64,000 bases of DNA from Amoebophrya sp. A120 (lineage: Eukaryota > Protista > Dinoflagellata). Within the stretch, counting starts at the first letter, position 1. Each line of letters opens with the position of its first letter. The notes under the pieces are model-generated. The model saw nothing but the letters and a program-made list of their open reading frames with translations, made no database searches and was not told the DNA's origin. Positions 1 through 13,900 of this stretch are shown here, in pieces. The stretch spans positions 558,001-622,000 of the forward strand of contig CAJINV010000016.1 in assembly GCA_905178155.1 (NCBI GenBank). Reading direction: 5' to 3'. The position numbers and the translations under genes were made by a program.

Positions 1-1136
1 TCCGTGGATGTTTTCCTGCATTTTCTTCTCCAAAAATTCCTTCTCCTTCTCCACCTCGTCGTTCTTGTAGTTGTGCTGGATCGCCTCTTTCTGGTTTTCA
101 TCTTTATTCTCCTCGACTTCTTCGTCCAAACCGATTTTCATGTGCTTTCTCTGCTGCATCTTAATCTGCTCGATCTCCCGCTCCGCTTCCCTTTTTGAGG
201 CCTCGTTTTTCTTCCGGATCATGGTCTTTATGTCTTCTGTATGCACAGCAAACGTAGAATCGCAAAGTCTGGCGCATGAATTGCAATAGTACAAAGTTTT
301 TCAAAATCGCAAATTGGAATACAAGCGACCGACCACAGTGCAGATAGTTTTCTTGTCTCAATATGCAACATTGCAATTCGCACGGCTTTATACGATTATT
401 TTCCACCCGGCGCATACTCTTCCTTCTTTGCAAATGTCGTTTTCCTCTTCTCCGCCTGTTTCTTCCGGATCATGTCCAAATCTTTCTTCACCAACTGCTC
501 CGGGGTCAGGTTTATCAACTGTAAAAATGTCTGGGTCTGGAAGAGTGTTAAACCTGTCATGCAGGTTTTCCATGACCCATGAGGTCTGGAATGCGGGACC
601 TAGCATGACAGAGTCTGTGAGGTCTCTGCTATGCCTATCCTGCATGAGAAACTCCCTCCCAACTTGGTCGAAAGTGAACAGCATTTGGCCCTCATGCAAC
701 ACAGATTTTCGCATTATTCGGATTTAGCATGACAACTTGCAATCTTCCAGACCCAGACATTTTTGCAATCCATAAGGTTTTCCTTCTTCTTAAACGCGCC
801 CGGCCGTTCGTCTTCGGGTACATCCCCGGAGATCCCCTCTGAGATCTCGCTTGGCGTGTACGCGTGCATGTCGCCGGTTATTTGCTGCATCATGGGCGGG
901 GCGTTGTGCCCAGTTGTCAGCTGTTCATGGTCCTGTCCATCGAGATTCAGCACCGCGGCAGACACAAAAGTGACTGCGACACAGGCGAGCGTGGTTAAAG
1001 GTTGATTCGTCTTTCGGGGGTTGAAAATTCTAGTACCGCCGCTTGCCGCTGTAGAGTTGTACGAGGGTCGTCGTGCTGTGCGGCATGACAAACCGCCGCC
1101 GCGGTCTTTTTCTTTTCTCCGCCGCGGCCGATGCAT
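1..1136 (-). CDS. Hypothetical protein, 3'-partial (runs off window start); N-terminal hydrophobic segment, then charged/coiled-coil-like region
   Basis: ATG at 1136. Exons about 775-1136, 418-507 and <1-268. Removing introner 513-774 plus one AGGTT gives ...KKKENL|TPEQLVKKDLDMIRKK.... A putative GT-AG intron at 269-417 then gives ...KKEE|LCDSTFAVHTEDIKTMIRKKNEASKREAEREIEQ..., open to the window edge. Hydrophobic stretch LTTLACVAVTFVSAAVLNL. Confidence 0.65.
269..417 (-). other. Putative canonical GT-AG intron containing a decayed family-C-like inverted repeat
   Basis: Minus-strand GA|GTATGC...GCGCCAG|ACTT joins two open frames and avoids a TAA. Internal IR GAATTGCAAT (278-287) / ATTGCAATTC (370-379). 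Confidence 0.5.
513..774. mobile_element. TIR introner, family A (262 bp)
   Basis: TATCAACTGTAAAAATGTCTGGGTCTGGAAG...CTTCCAGACCCAGACATTTTTGCAATCCATA; TSD AGGTT/AGGTT; removal restores frame. Confidence 0.9.
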
Positions 1137-1936
1137 CTTGTATTCTAATCTCGGCTCTTGATAGATTTAAGTTTTATCGAATGACGTCATTCTCCTTTTT
1201 GTAAAATCACAACAACTGTAAGTGGTCGGACACCTAGAAGTAGAAGAGGTCGGCACTTTTTTTGTGATTTTTCAGACTCAACAGTAGGACATGACTTCAC
1301 ATTGCATATCGCTCTGTCACGGTTCCTCTCCGTTTCGTGATCCATCAAAACCACTCAAGGGCTCGTCTGACTACTGCCGCCCAGAATAGTATTAGAGCCG
1401 TTCGGTGACCTCACTACATATCAACCAAGCTTGCTGCTCATCCCTCTGTCTCAGAAAGAAGAAGGGCGCACCAGAGCCCGTTTTTACGCAAAATCAACAA
1501 ATCTTGGCTCAACAAGTTCGTCCTGCTCTCAGAGACAGAGACAGACGGGTCTTGAACAAGAAAAAAGTGGAAAACTGCTCCGCGTCTCCTTCAATACCAG
1601 CCAGACCGGTGCAGCCTACTGGAAGACTGATATCTTGTCCATGTGTGTCTATTTCGCGTAAAACTGAGAGGAAAAACTGCGTTGCATTCAGGCACGAAAC
1701 GATTACGACTACCTGGATCTGTCGTCCTGAATTCGTGTTTCGTTGATTGTTCATTGAGTCTTAAATATTGTTGTCGGTAACTTGACGTTGTAATCTTGTC
1801 TAAAATAGTACGAGTACCATAGTACCTACTTACTTAAGTAATTGTCGAACTTCTGCTTCATCTTCAAACAAACAATGCCTTCTAAGAGGCACCTGGCTGC
1901 TCACAATGAGCTGCACCGTCTACTGTCCCACACTTC

Positions 1937-4900
1937 CTACTCCAAACACCGTCCCGCCCGGATCTGGTCCACGCAACAGGCGGGTGAAACTTTGGCCTGA
2001 ATTTCTCTCCGGTACTCTTCTTCAACCAGCGACTATGCAAAGAAAAAAGTGTTACAGTTACACATTTGTTGTCAATTCAGCAACACAAATTTATCTGCAT
2101 GAGAAAGAAAACTTGCAATGCAGAAATCCTACGGGAAAACACCTATGAAACGAGGCTGCTATGCATATCCGGCATGACAGAGCTTGTCTGTCTTGCTTGG
2201 CCTGCAACACAATGTGTAACTGTAACACTTTTTTCTCGCGATAGCGACATCCGCATTTTTTCCGGGTCGTACCTGCTTCCCAGTCTTCCTTTATCCTTCA
2301 ATTTCTGCCCGTGCCGCCACTTTTTCGCGAGAAATCTTTCGAAATCCCGGTTTGTGATAGACGTGGGGACCTCCACCTTTTGATGTTGTTCACCTGTTGA
2401 ATCCCTACTGAATCCGCTTTTCGAAGTAGCACGACCTCCTGCTGTACTAGCAGTTGTATCGAAAAACAATAATTTCATCCTTGATCTCCTTTTCTTCTTT
2501 TTTGCGAACCTGTCCTCCTCAAAAGCGATTTTCAAATCCTTTTCACTTGGCCGCTCGAACCGATCCAAAATCTGCAGCGCAATGATGACAAAGAGGATGA
2601 AAAAAAACAGCAAGGTGTCGAACGTCGTGATGCCGACAAACACTTCCCGGGTGGTGAAATCGACAAATTTGTAAACTTCCTGCGCAAAAATCGCGCAAAC
2701 CCGGCAAAAAAACCGGTTTTCGTTTTTTGACCGGAAGTACCGGATCATCCCGTCCTTGCCGTAGTGGTACTCCGGCTGGCCCATGAGTCGCTGCAGGGAC
2801 AAATGCGCCGCTTCGGTCTCCTTCATGCGGTTCCGTTTGCGGTGGTAGATCTCTTTCTGTTTGTTTCTTTCTTCTTCCTGCCGGGCGCGGTCCTCCTCGA
2901 GGATTATTTGGGCGTGGTTGTAGTTTTTGATATTGTAGTTGTTTTTGTCGTCCGCCTGTTTTTTCTCGCCTGCTGCTTCATCTGGATTTCCACCTTCGGA
3001 AAAAGATTGCACGTTGGAGCCACCACCTCCTATTGTACCCCCATGAAGATCAACGGGGGTCGAACCTGTTGCAGTAGACCTGACATTTTTATCCATCGCC
3101 GTTTTACTCCCCAATTGTCCGTGCTCAGAGCGAGAAGAGGGAGAAGAAGAAGTAGTGCCGGAATTATTTCTACCACCACCACGACCTCCAGAGTTAACAT
3201 GATTTTCCCTCTCCAGCAATTCGCTTTTCCGGACAATGTTCTCGACCGCGTGCTTCCTTGTCAGCGCCGCTTCCCGCTCCTGTTCCTCAAAATCGAAAAA
3301 CCAGTCCGGCTTTAACCCTTGATCCGGCCGCGCCACGTTCTTATTGGTCGCAACTTTCCTGACCGGTCGCTTCGGGTCCACTTCTAGCCGGACCGAGTCT
3401 TCTGTGGCCGCCTTCCGCAGTTTTTCAATAATGTTGTGATACACCAGCTTCACGTCCAAAATGTCGTCGGAGGTTCTGGAAATGTGTCGTAGATTTGACG
3501 CAAGATGACCTTGTTCGCCGTGTTTGTTTTTGCTCGTTGTCTTCGACGTACTCGTGCGATCATCGGTCGCAGGGTCATCGTGGTTGTTCATTTCAGTTTC
3601 TTGTGGATTACCGCGCTTACTAGTACCATCCCCACGCGGTTCCGTCTCCTTCCCCCGTTCTCGTCGTTTCTTCCGTCTTTTCCTCGCCGCCCGCCCGTCC
3701 TCGGTGAAGAGCGTTTCCAGCTCCTTTTCGCTGACGGATAAGCCAATTATCCAGTGCAAATATGTCTGGGTCTGGAGATATTGGAACTTGTCATGCAAAC
3801 TCTCGATCAGAGAAAAGTTTGTGTTGCGTCAGCACCAAAAGTTGTCCATTTTTGCCGCACCCAAGCATTTAGCTTCTCGTGCGAGACAACCATTACGAGA
3901 CCTGGACAAAGCTCGTAATGCTTTTGCGGGCATTCCAGAGCATCTCCGTGATCCAAAAGATGCATGACAAACTCCTGCTTTCTTCCAGACCCAGACATAC
4001 TTGCATTTGATACCAATCAACAAGTCCTTAAACCCGAAGTCCATACTGATCGCGTCGTACGGTGCGCGGGAGTGGTCCGTGTGTCCCTCGATAGAGAACA
4101 CCCGGTTGTTGATCTTCAGGAAGAGCTTTTGTAGCTTCGAGAAGGTAAGTAACGGGTCGTTGAGGAGGGACACGGGCATTTTATACTCCACCTTCACGTG
4201 CCGCCACCAGAGAGGGTCCGACGCTGGTCTCTGCTGTAACTGTTGCCGATCTTTTTCGTAGAACAACGCTCCGGGGTTTGGTTGCACCGGCGTCCCGTCG
4301 GGAGTGACTGTAGCTGGTGTTGCGCTTCCGCCAGTATGAAAAGAAGTCCCCCCATGATCGCCAGCAGCGGCAGCAGCACCGGCGAAATTCGCCTCCCCAG
4401 TGGCCCCGTCGCGGATAAACTGAAATTCGTTACCTCCGGTGGTTTTCAGGGCGTCCACGATGATTTTTTGCCACGTTTTCTTCACTTTCACCGTCTTCAT
4501 CACAGTGACCTTTTGCTTGTTGTCCCGAGGACTTGCTGGTGTTGCTGGTCCATGCAGCCCGTTGGACGGAAAATTATTGTTAATAGCCTTGTCTTGCTCC
4601 CCCGTCGTGGAGCGAAAGAACGCACTGTCCTGATCAATATCGGATCCCGCATTGGAGATGATCGAATCTCCCCCCGGCGTCGATTTCCGCATAAACGTGT
4701 TCGGGTCCGCCATCTTGAAGCCCGGTGGGGGTTCTAACGGGGGCAACACAACTCCGGGGACATTACTGAAACGTTGTGGCGATGTTGATGAAAGTGGTAC
4801 TCCTGCGAAAAAGGGCTTTGGTAGTTGGTGTGCAGCTCCTAACAACGAAGATCTTCCCGCGGGGTTCATTGTTGCACCACCACCTTCACCCAGCGGAGAA

Positions 4901-7900
4901 GCAGGGGGGGAGGAGTTTGGACTAGACCAGGGGGGTAGATTCGGAGGCGTGAAGGGCGCGGAAGATGATCCGAGATTCGAATCCGAATGTTCATCATGAA
5001 GATCAGCTGTGAAATTACTGGAAAGCAGTCCCGGACCCGACAGCACGGACGAGGAGCCCGCGAAGTCTCCTGATGAACGACCTGATGGGCTTGTTCCGGG
5101 AAGCTGCCCGCTGCCACGAACTATGCCAACATCTCTTTCGAAGTCAGAACCGGGGTCGTTGTTAAAAGCGCCGCCAGCTGCAGCATTTTGCGCCAGGACC
5201 GAACTGAGTTGTAGCTGGTCGTTCCCGGCTAGATTTTCAGGATTTTCATGGCGAGGACGAGCACCAGTGGCAGAGGTTCTAGTACCCGCAGCAGCACTAC
5301 TGTTCCCACGAACATCACCAGACACGCGGTAGGTCTCCGTACTTGGGACTTGGATGTGTGCTATCAAATGTAAAAATGTCTGGGTCTGGAAGGATCCGAA
5401 CCTGTGATGCGCATTTTCGAACACAGAAAAATCTCTCATGCATCGGTAGCAAAAGCTGCCCAATTCTGTCGCCAAAATGGGGGACTTTTCATGCCGGTTC
5501 GGCATTGCGGAAGCTTCTCGAAACCTGTGATGCTAGCGCTTCCATGCCAGACCTTCTGTGTCATGCAAAAACAGCATGAATCTTCCAGACCCAGACATTT
5601 TTACACTTGATATGCGCGTAGGCGAAGTCGCTGCTGCTGTCAATTTCTGAGTCGTTGTCTCCGTTGATACTTTCATCCTCGAACTCGTCCCCGTTGTACT
5701 CGGAGTATCCTGAGAAAAAACGTCCCCACACCAGAGTCAACATGGAAAGTCTGCTATACAAATCGCACAGCTTTGGTTGTTTGGCATGACAAGTTTGTCC
5801 TCGTAGTGTGATCCTGTTTAGCTAGCTCAGAAGCATCACAGATCTAGCATATCATGCTGATCCTAGCATCACACGGTCCCAAATACGAATAGAAAATGCT
5901 TCTCATGGGGCTCCGCATAAGAAACTTTTTTGGCATACGGAATTGCATGACAACTCTGGGGTGGGCACGTTTGTACACTGGATACGGAGTTCAAGAAGTT
6001 TTGCAGGTAATACCGCCACTTTTCCTGGAAATTCGCCCGCTCCTTCTTCCGCGCGTTCTCCTCCGCGGTGGGTAAATGCGGCAGCTTCGGCGAGTTGCAG
6101 CCGAACCCCAGACCCCACGCGGATTGGAAATTGAACGGACTGGGTGACTATCAAATGCAAAAATGTCTGGGTCTGGAACAAAGCAACCTGTCATGCTGAA
6201 TCTGAATCATGTAAAAATCTGTGTTGCATGATAGCCAAAAGCTGTCCACTGTTGACCTAATCGAGAGGCAGTTTCTCATGCAGGGTAGGCATGGATGATT
6301 GAACTCTCACAGAATCTGTCATGCTATGTCCTACATACCAGACCTCATGGGTCATGGAAAACCTGCATGACAAGTCTGGCATTCTTCCAGACCCAGACAT
6401 CTTTGCAGTTCATAGTGACTCGTCCCCGGAATCTGGCGCGGACTCGAGGTCAATGCTCCCGTCGGGATTTTGCTGCAAGAAATTGCCCCCCGGCGTGCCG
6501 AAACTGAAGCGCTCCCCGGAGGCGGAAACCTGGATGTTTTGGTTGCTGCGGTTCAGTAGATTGTCCGAAGAGTCCCGGGGGGCAGCGCCGTGATTGGAGA
6601 GGCGATTGTTGTTTCCCCACGAGTTTCTCTGGCCTGCGAAGCTGTTTCTTTGCTGTCTCTTCAGTTGCTTATACGTCGGCGTCTGGAGTTTCGGCATCAT
6701 GCACCGCATGTCGTCTTCCGATATCAAATGTAAAAATGTCTGGGTCTGGAAGGGTGCAAGGTTTGTCATGCTTGTCTGGCATGACTGAAAAGTCTGTGAT
6801 GCGTGTCCAGGAAGAGACCCTTTTGCTTGTCATGCAAAAACGCAGTTTGTCATGCGGAAAACGCAACACTAAGCCCCGGAAATATTTCTCATGCTTGGCT
6901 ATGCATTAGTACGGACCATTCACTATTCACAACTCAGCATTACAAGTTTCCAGACCCAGACATTTTTACATTTGATATCCGAAAAAATTTCCTCAAACTT
7001 CTCCCGCTCAGTGATGGCATTCACGTCGATCTCCCCGTTATTTGTGGAAAAAGGGTCGCCGTCGTCCCGTTTAGACGTACTTTTGTTCTTCCCCACGACC
7101 GGGGAACCTGGATTTGCTTTGTTCCCTTTGTAGTTTTCACCCCGCAGATAGCCGTCGCGCTTGTCGAGGAAATTCTGCTCCGCACCGCGGGATTCGGACG
7201 CCGGTCGGAAATTCGACCCAAAGTCCGGGACCGGAGCGAGGCCCATGGGCGTCAAATCATCGTTGTCGTCGTTCAATGCCCCGGGCCTTCTTCTGTTCGC
7301 TTTCGGTCGAGGAACTTGTTCTGTAGATAGCTGTTTTCCAGTTACCGCAGCTAGTGCAGCAGGAATTTGTGTTGGTAGTCCGCTGGTCGTTGCTGTACCT
7401 CCGGGACCACCAGCGGCACCTCCGGGACCACGAGTCAAACCAGGAGTGGCAGCCAAGGCGGAGGAAGACGACGACGACCCTTCTGTCGCCGTTGTTCCCA
7501 CTTCTTGATGTCCTTGCGAGGACGAGGAGGTAGACGCCTCGTCAGGTCCTCCTTCGGGTGTGCGCGAACGCGAGCTGCGCTCATGGTAATGACTGTCGTA
7601 CTGCACCACAGGGCTCCGATGTTTCGCCAATATGGCGCTCACACGCCCGGTGAACAAAGGTGAAGACGACCCAGCACCACCTGGAGTTGCTCTCTTCGGT
7701 TCGGACGGGGGCTGACTCGTACTATGACCGGCTGGTGCAGTTGCTGTTGCACCCGCCTTCGGCGTGGCTGCAACAGGTGCTGGAGTACCAGCAGCAGTCT
7801 CTACTCCACCGAAAGCAGTATGTTCCCCATGATGACCTTGTTCCTGCCCCGCACTACTAGTACCTGGGGGCTGCACTCCTGGGGACGGCGCGCCTTCACT

Positions 7901-10900
7901 CGATCCGTTCCTACTACTCTGCCTCTCCTCCTCGAATTGCACGGCCGCGCTCTCGACGTGATCCGCCATGAGCGACGTCTTGTTTTCCATTAGCCGGCTC
8001 TGTACGTAAAACCGGTAGAAATACTTCAAATTCGCGACTTTCTTCAGGTGGGCAAAAATCTGAAAATCCCTTTCCGATTCCTCCCGCAGGTCCTGTCTCG
8101 CAACCGCGTGATCTTGTGACTGCGGCGCGAAGAGAAAGCACCCATTCCCGTTGGTGTTCGACGTTGGTTGCGGCGTCTGTGGGGGTTGGATCAAATTCCC
8201 CGCGGAATCTATCCTGGATCGGATCGGCTCCTGCCCCTCGTGGGATGGGGAGAGGTTCCGCTTCGCTGCTCCAAAACCCGCGGCGCCGCTCCCCGCAGAA
8301 TCCCCGCGCTTCAGAAGTTTCAAATTTGCTAACACTTGTTGTCCCGCTTGCTGAAAAAGCTTCAGCGGTTTGTCGTAGCCGTCGCAAAAGTATGAATTGC
8401 AAAAGTATCGCACTCGTATAAATGCATTACAAATTTTCTCAGCATGAGAAAAGAAATTTGTAATGCGAATTTACCTTTAGGAAAACATTTGTAATGCATG
8501 ACTGCAATACGAGTGCGATATTTTTGCACAGGATAAAAAGGATTTCACCGCAGACGTGATCCACTGGCCGCGGCCGGGTTTTCCCCCCTTGAAAATGTCC
8601 ATATTGCGGAAGAAATCGTCCGGCTCGGGCTCTACCGGAGGTTTGGGCTTGGGCTTCGGAGCACCAGCAGTACTATGTTTCGGCGTGCCGTGCTGCAGAG
8701 CCGCTCTCGGAAGCATCGCAGTGGGACTGGGTTTTGGTCGGGGCGGAAGATGTCCTTCTTGTTGCGGGTGATTTATTTTGCTCATCCCACCTTCGTCTTT
8801 TGTCCTGCTATGCAGTTGCTGCTCTGCCCGCGCCCTCGCTGTTCTCGACTTCGGTGTCGGCTGCGCTCGGTCTTTAGTTGTACTCGGTGTCTTAGTATTG
8901 CGACGGTCCGCGAAGCCTGCGTCGCTTCGGTCGAAATCGGGCTCCAAATTGTCCAGTTCCGGTGGCGGTGTGCGAAGCCTGGTTGTTCCAGCAGTTCCTC
9001 CGCGCACAATGTGTCCATCTACCATGTAAGCATTGTTACCACCTCCAATTCCACCACCACCGCCAATATCCCCCGCAGCAGCCCCCGGCGCAAGATTTCT
9101 TTTAGGCCCCCCAGCAAGCTCCTTCGTCCTACTCCGCGCCGGGGGCGTGGGCATCGCACTAGTACTTGCCGTTCCCACCGACGCGGCGCGAGAGGTGGTG
9201 AAACTGATCGAGGATTTCGGCTCTTTTGCAGGATCATTTTGATAGCCTTCCTCATCCGTGTCTACGTATTTTCCGTCGATAAAGGTGCTATCTTCCACCG
9301 TGCCCTGGCCGATTTGGATCCCGCACACGAACAGCGTCGCGGCGGCAGCTTCCTTTTTCCGCTGGTTTTTCGTAAGTTTCTTGGAAGTTTTTTTCTTTCC
9401 CTTCTTGATAGTACTATGTGCCGAAGCATCTGTCTTAGTGTTCGTTGGCATCGTCCTGTTCGCGCCGATTTTTGGGCTGTCGAGATTCGAGTCCTGCGAG
9501 CCCAGATGCGAAGAGCCCAAGGAAGCCCGCTCTGCTTCGGTTTCTGCGGTTGACGTTGAGGAGTCCCGCACTAGTTCAGGCGCATTGAACGGAAGAACTC
9601 CACTACTGTTCTTTCCCGGGGGCGCGGAAGAACTTCCAGCTGCAGGTCCTCGTGATGAAAAACCCACACCTTCTCCCACATTCTCTAACTTTTTCCTCCC
9701 AAGGTCACTTGCTGGTGACGCTTGTCTACTTTCCTTGTCCTGCTCCCTTCTTCTCTTGTCTAATTTTTCCCGGCTCGTGGTCTTGCAGTTACCATACACG
9801 GCGTCTTCGTAGATCTTCTGAAACGACGGGTTTTTCTGTCTTTCCGCTACAGTGAAGCTGTCGCAAGAGGGGATCTTTTTGTCCCAACTGTTCGGTATGT
9901 CCACGATTTCGCTGTCGCGGTAAATCGCGAGGTGGGTCAGACTGGTTCTTTCCTCCCTTTCGTTGAAGGTGAAAAACCGCAACGCATTCCCCATCCGCCA
10001 CTCCACCGAACACCGGATGGAATGCAGTCCAGCCATCGACTGGTACGATGCGCCCTCCATGCCCCGCTCTTTCATCGGAACAGAATTTTCGCTAGCTCCT
10101 GCTGGTGCGCCAGTGTGGTCAACACCCGGGGGACTAGCGCCGGTTGTACTAGGCTGTGTTGCTTTCTTTTTCCTCGGGTCTTCCAAAACCGCCCGGCTGT
10201 GCGGGATGGGCGCCGCTTTGCTCGGGTAATATCCTGAGTAAAAACGTCCCCACACCAGAGTTGTCATGCAAATCTGCATGCCAAAAAAGTTTGTCATGCG
10301 GAGCGCCATGAGAGGCATTTTATAGTCGTGCTTTGGAATTTGTGACGCTACAATCCGCATGATATACTGGATATGTGATGCTGCTGAACTACCTAAACAG
10401 GATGACACTACGAGGAGAACCTTGTCATGCCAAACGACCAAAGCTGGGTGATTTGTCTAGCAGATTTCCCATCTTGACTCTGGTGTGGGGACGTTTTTAC
10501 AAATGATAGGTAAGCCCACGGGTTCATGTGGTCGCTTTCCAGATGCAGCAAATCCAGCGCCACCATGTTCTCCGCAGATTTACCAAACAGCGAAATTTGG
10601 TCCTCCACCGGCATGTCGAGCATGCTACTCAGGTGCTGCCGCGGTCCCAACGACGGGATAACGACCGGAAGAGCTTGCTCGCTGTTGGTGGTTTGCGTTC
10701 TACTGTCCGGGGGAAGGGGAACTCCTGCACCAGCAGTACCAGCGGCCGGAGCAGTTTGCTGGGTGAGACTCCGGCGCGGCGGTTGTGCAGTCGCAGCCGC
10801 AAAAGAACCTCCTTCACCGCCACCTCCGAAAAGTCCGCCCTGAGAAGGTGCACGACCCTGACCCTGACTGATACTCTCAAAAATTTCCTTGTCTGTCATG

Positions 10901-13900
10901 CCTTGGAAAGTACTGTGCGTCGTGCTCTGCGCCTGCTGCTCCACACTTCGCTCCTGATTGGCCGTCCGCTCCCTCGCTGCCCTCCGCGCGGTTTGCTCAG
11001 GGGACTCGGGGCGTGTTTTCGGGACCGTTTTGTCGATGGGAAAGATCCGTAAGGGCCACTCCTCCCGGAAAGATTCCTCATCGCACGTGAACCGTAAGAA
11101 CAAAACCACCCTTAGCCTTTCACTCGCGATAGACTCCGGCGTGACGATTTGATTCCGCGCAACCAGTATGAACTGCAAATATGTCTGGGTCTGGAAGATT
11201 GCCAGGCTTGTCATGCGTATTTTGTATAACCCATGACGCCTGTAATGCATGCCCTAGCATCACAGATTTTTAGAGGGCTTCCTGATTCTTATTCCGCATG
11301 ACAAATGCCCTCTCTGCGTAGCACAAACTGGAGTGCTCTTGCTAGTCATGCAATACAGATTTTTTTTGGAATCCAAAGACAGCATCACAAGTTACCACCT
11401 TCCAGACCCCGACATATTTGCAATGCATAACCAGCGCCGGCCGCTCCACTTGCAGTTGCTGGAAGGAAAACATGGATGTGTGGGGGAGCCAGGTTAAGCC
11501 TAATTTCCCACAGGAATCCACCACCGCGGTCTTCCACTCAAAATCCTTTCGCGGCTCACTAGCGTGCGCCCACGTGTGCAGCACGTCCTTCGGCCGGTAG
11601 GACAGCACGATATTTCCGAGTTGCGGGGGCGGTTGGTAATATCCTGGGTTGCGGGGTACGACTAGGGGCTTGCGTCGAGTGCTTGCTTTGGTGCCAGAAG
11701 ATGTACTAGCTTGCTGGTCAGGCAGAAGATTTTGATTCGTACCGGCCATCAACCGGCGGTGCTGGGCACGAGTTGTACTCGCAGGAGCAACAACCCCACC
11801 GGTAGCAGTTCCGTGTACTGTTGTTGGGCCACCGGCGGGTGGAACAAGTCCTCCAACACCACCAACCCCCGGCGAAGCAGTGGACGACGCCCGCTCTGTC
11901 TCGTACAGCTGCCAATAGTCTTTTTTCTTCCGCTTCTCCGCATCTTTTTTGTCCTGGTCCGAGGTGTTCGCGTCGAACCGCTTGCTGTTATGAACTGCAA
12001 AAGTAACGTACTAGTATGAATAGCATCACAAATTCCCTCAGCATTAGAAATGGAATTTGCAATGCTAATTTACCTTAGGAAGAAGATTTGTCATGCATGT
12101 TTGCAATTAGTACGAGTACGATGCTTTTGCAGTTCATAGCTGTAACTCTTCATCAAATTCTGCCAATGGTCGTACACCAAACCCCGTTATGCATTGCAAA
12201 TATGTCTTGCTCTGGAAGGTTGGACCTTGTAATGCAGGTTTCCCATGACCCATGAGGTCTGGAATGCGGGACCTAGCATGACAGAGTCTGTGGGGTCTCT
12301 GTCATGCCTCTCCTGCATGAGAAACTCCCTCCCAACTTGATCGAAAGTGGACAGCGCTTGGCACTCATGCAACAGAGATTTTTGCATGATTCGGATTTAG
12401 CATGACAAGCTGCAATCTTCGTCTTCCAGACCCAGACACTTTTGCATTTGATACCCGCTCCTTCAGGATTTCCTTCCGCGCCTTCTGGATCCACATCACG
12501 CTCGCGTCGATTTCGGGCGTATCAAATGTAAAAATGTCTGGGTCTGGAAGAATGCGCGATTTGTCATGCAGTTTTTTCATGACCCCTGAAGCGTGGAATG
12601 CAGGACCTAGCATCACAGACTTTTGGAGGGCTCCCTGATGCGCCTTCCGCATGAGAAATGCCCCCTCCGCGTAGCACAAGCTGGACCTTTCTTGCTGGTC
12701 ATGCAACACTAATTTTTTTAGAATCCAAAAACAGCATGACAAGTTGCATTCTTCCAGACCCAGACATTTTTACATTTGATAAGGCGGGGAAAGGTGCAAA
12801 TTATTCCCAGACAAGCGGTTATATCCGTTCTGGTTGATCTCCATGCCCTCGTACTCCTCGTGATTGAAAAAATAATTCGGCCCCTCCGCCATCGACCGCC
12901 CTCCCTGGTTCTTCTCCATGTTGAAGTGAAACATCTGCGGGTCTTTGATCCTCCCGGTTGCTTTGAACCGATTGAAGTTTTGTTCGTTCATCGCTCCGGG
13001 GTAGGGGGTTGTCGACGCCGTCCAGGTGGAAGTGGCGTAAATCCTGTCAGCTAAATCTCTTTTCCCTTGTTCCAATCTAGCGTGCTCAGGTAAAAATTTC
13101 TCGATTTGCAAATCGGTCAATTCCTGATCGTAAGCCGGCCGCTCGATGTTCCAGCATAAAATTCTCGTGCAAATCAGCGGCTGCGTGTTCTTCCTCCGGT
13201 CTTTCAACGAGATTTGCTTTTGCGAGTCTTCGTCGTACGTCATTTTTTCCGGTGAGAACAGCATATCCACTTCAACGGGGCTGAAAAAACACCGTTGCAC
13301 CCGCGCGCTTGCCATGATCGTACAGCCATGGGCCTCCAGTTGCTGTCGGAAGCGGTGCAAAGTTTTCTTCCGAAAATAGTTCAAATTACTGACTTTTTTC
13401 TCGTAGTCCACTTTCATTTTGAAATAGTTTGGGACCGAATCGTCCAACGGGTTGTGGCTCATGTACAGCAATTGCATGCGATGCAGCTGCTGCAATTTTA
13501 CCCACTCGTGCTTCCGCCGCGCGTGGCTTTTGCCGGTGTTGGTCGCGGCCTCGGAAAGCATAGCTGTTGTTGCCCCCTCCGAAGTGTACTGTGGCGGCTG
13601 GTCGTGCGCGAAAGGATAATTGTCTGGAAGATGCTGTTCTCCATTGCTGCTACCACCACCAGGTTTTCCGGTTCCGCTGTTGGTAGTCGTGCCGCTGTTT
13701 TTTGACGATGACCTCGTACCTGGATTTGTGGTTTCAAAATGGAGTTTTGAATGGTGCTGCTGTGCTGCTCCTGATCCTGCTGCTGCCGGGCTTGCTGGCT
13801 GCTCGGTAGCTGCTGTTTCACCAGTTCCTGCACCCTGTCTCAAATTTTTGGATGCACTCGGGCTATTTGGATTGGAGTCCTTCTCTTCGATCCTCGATAA

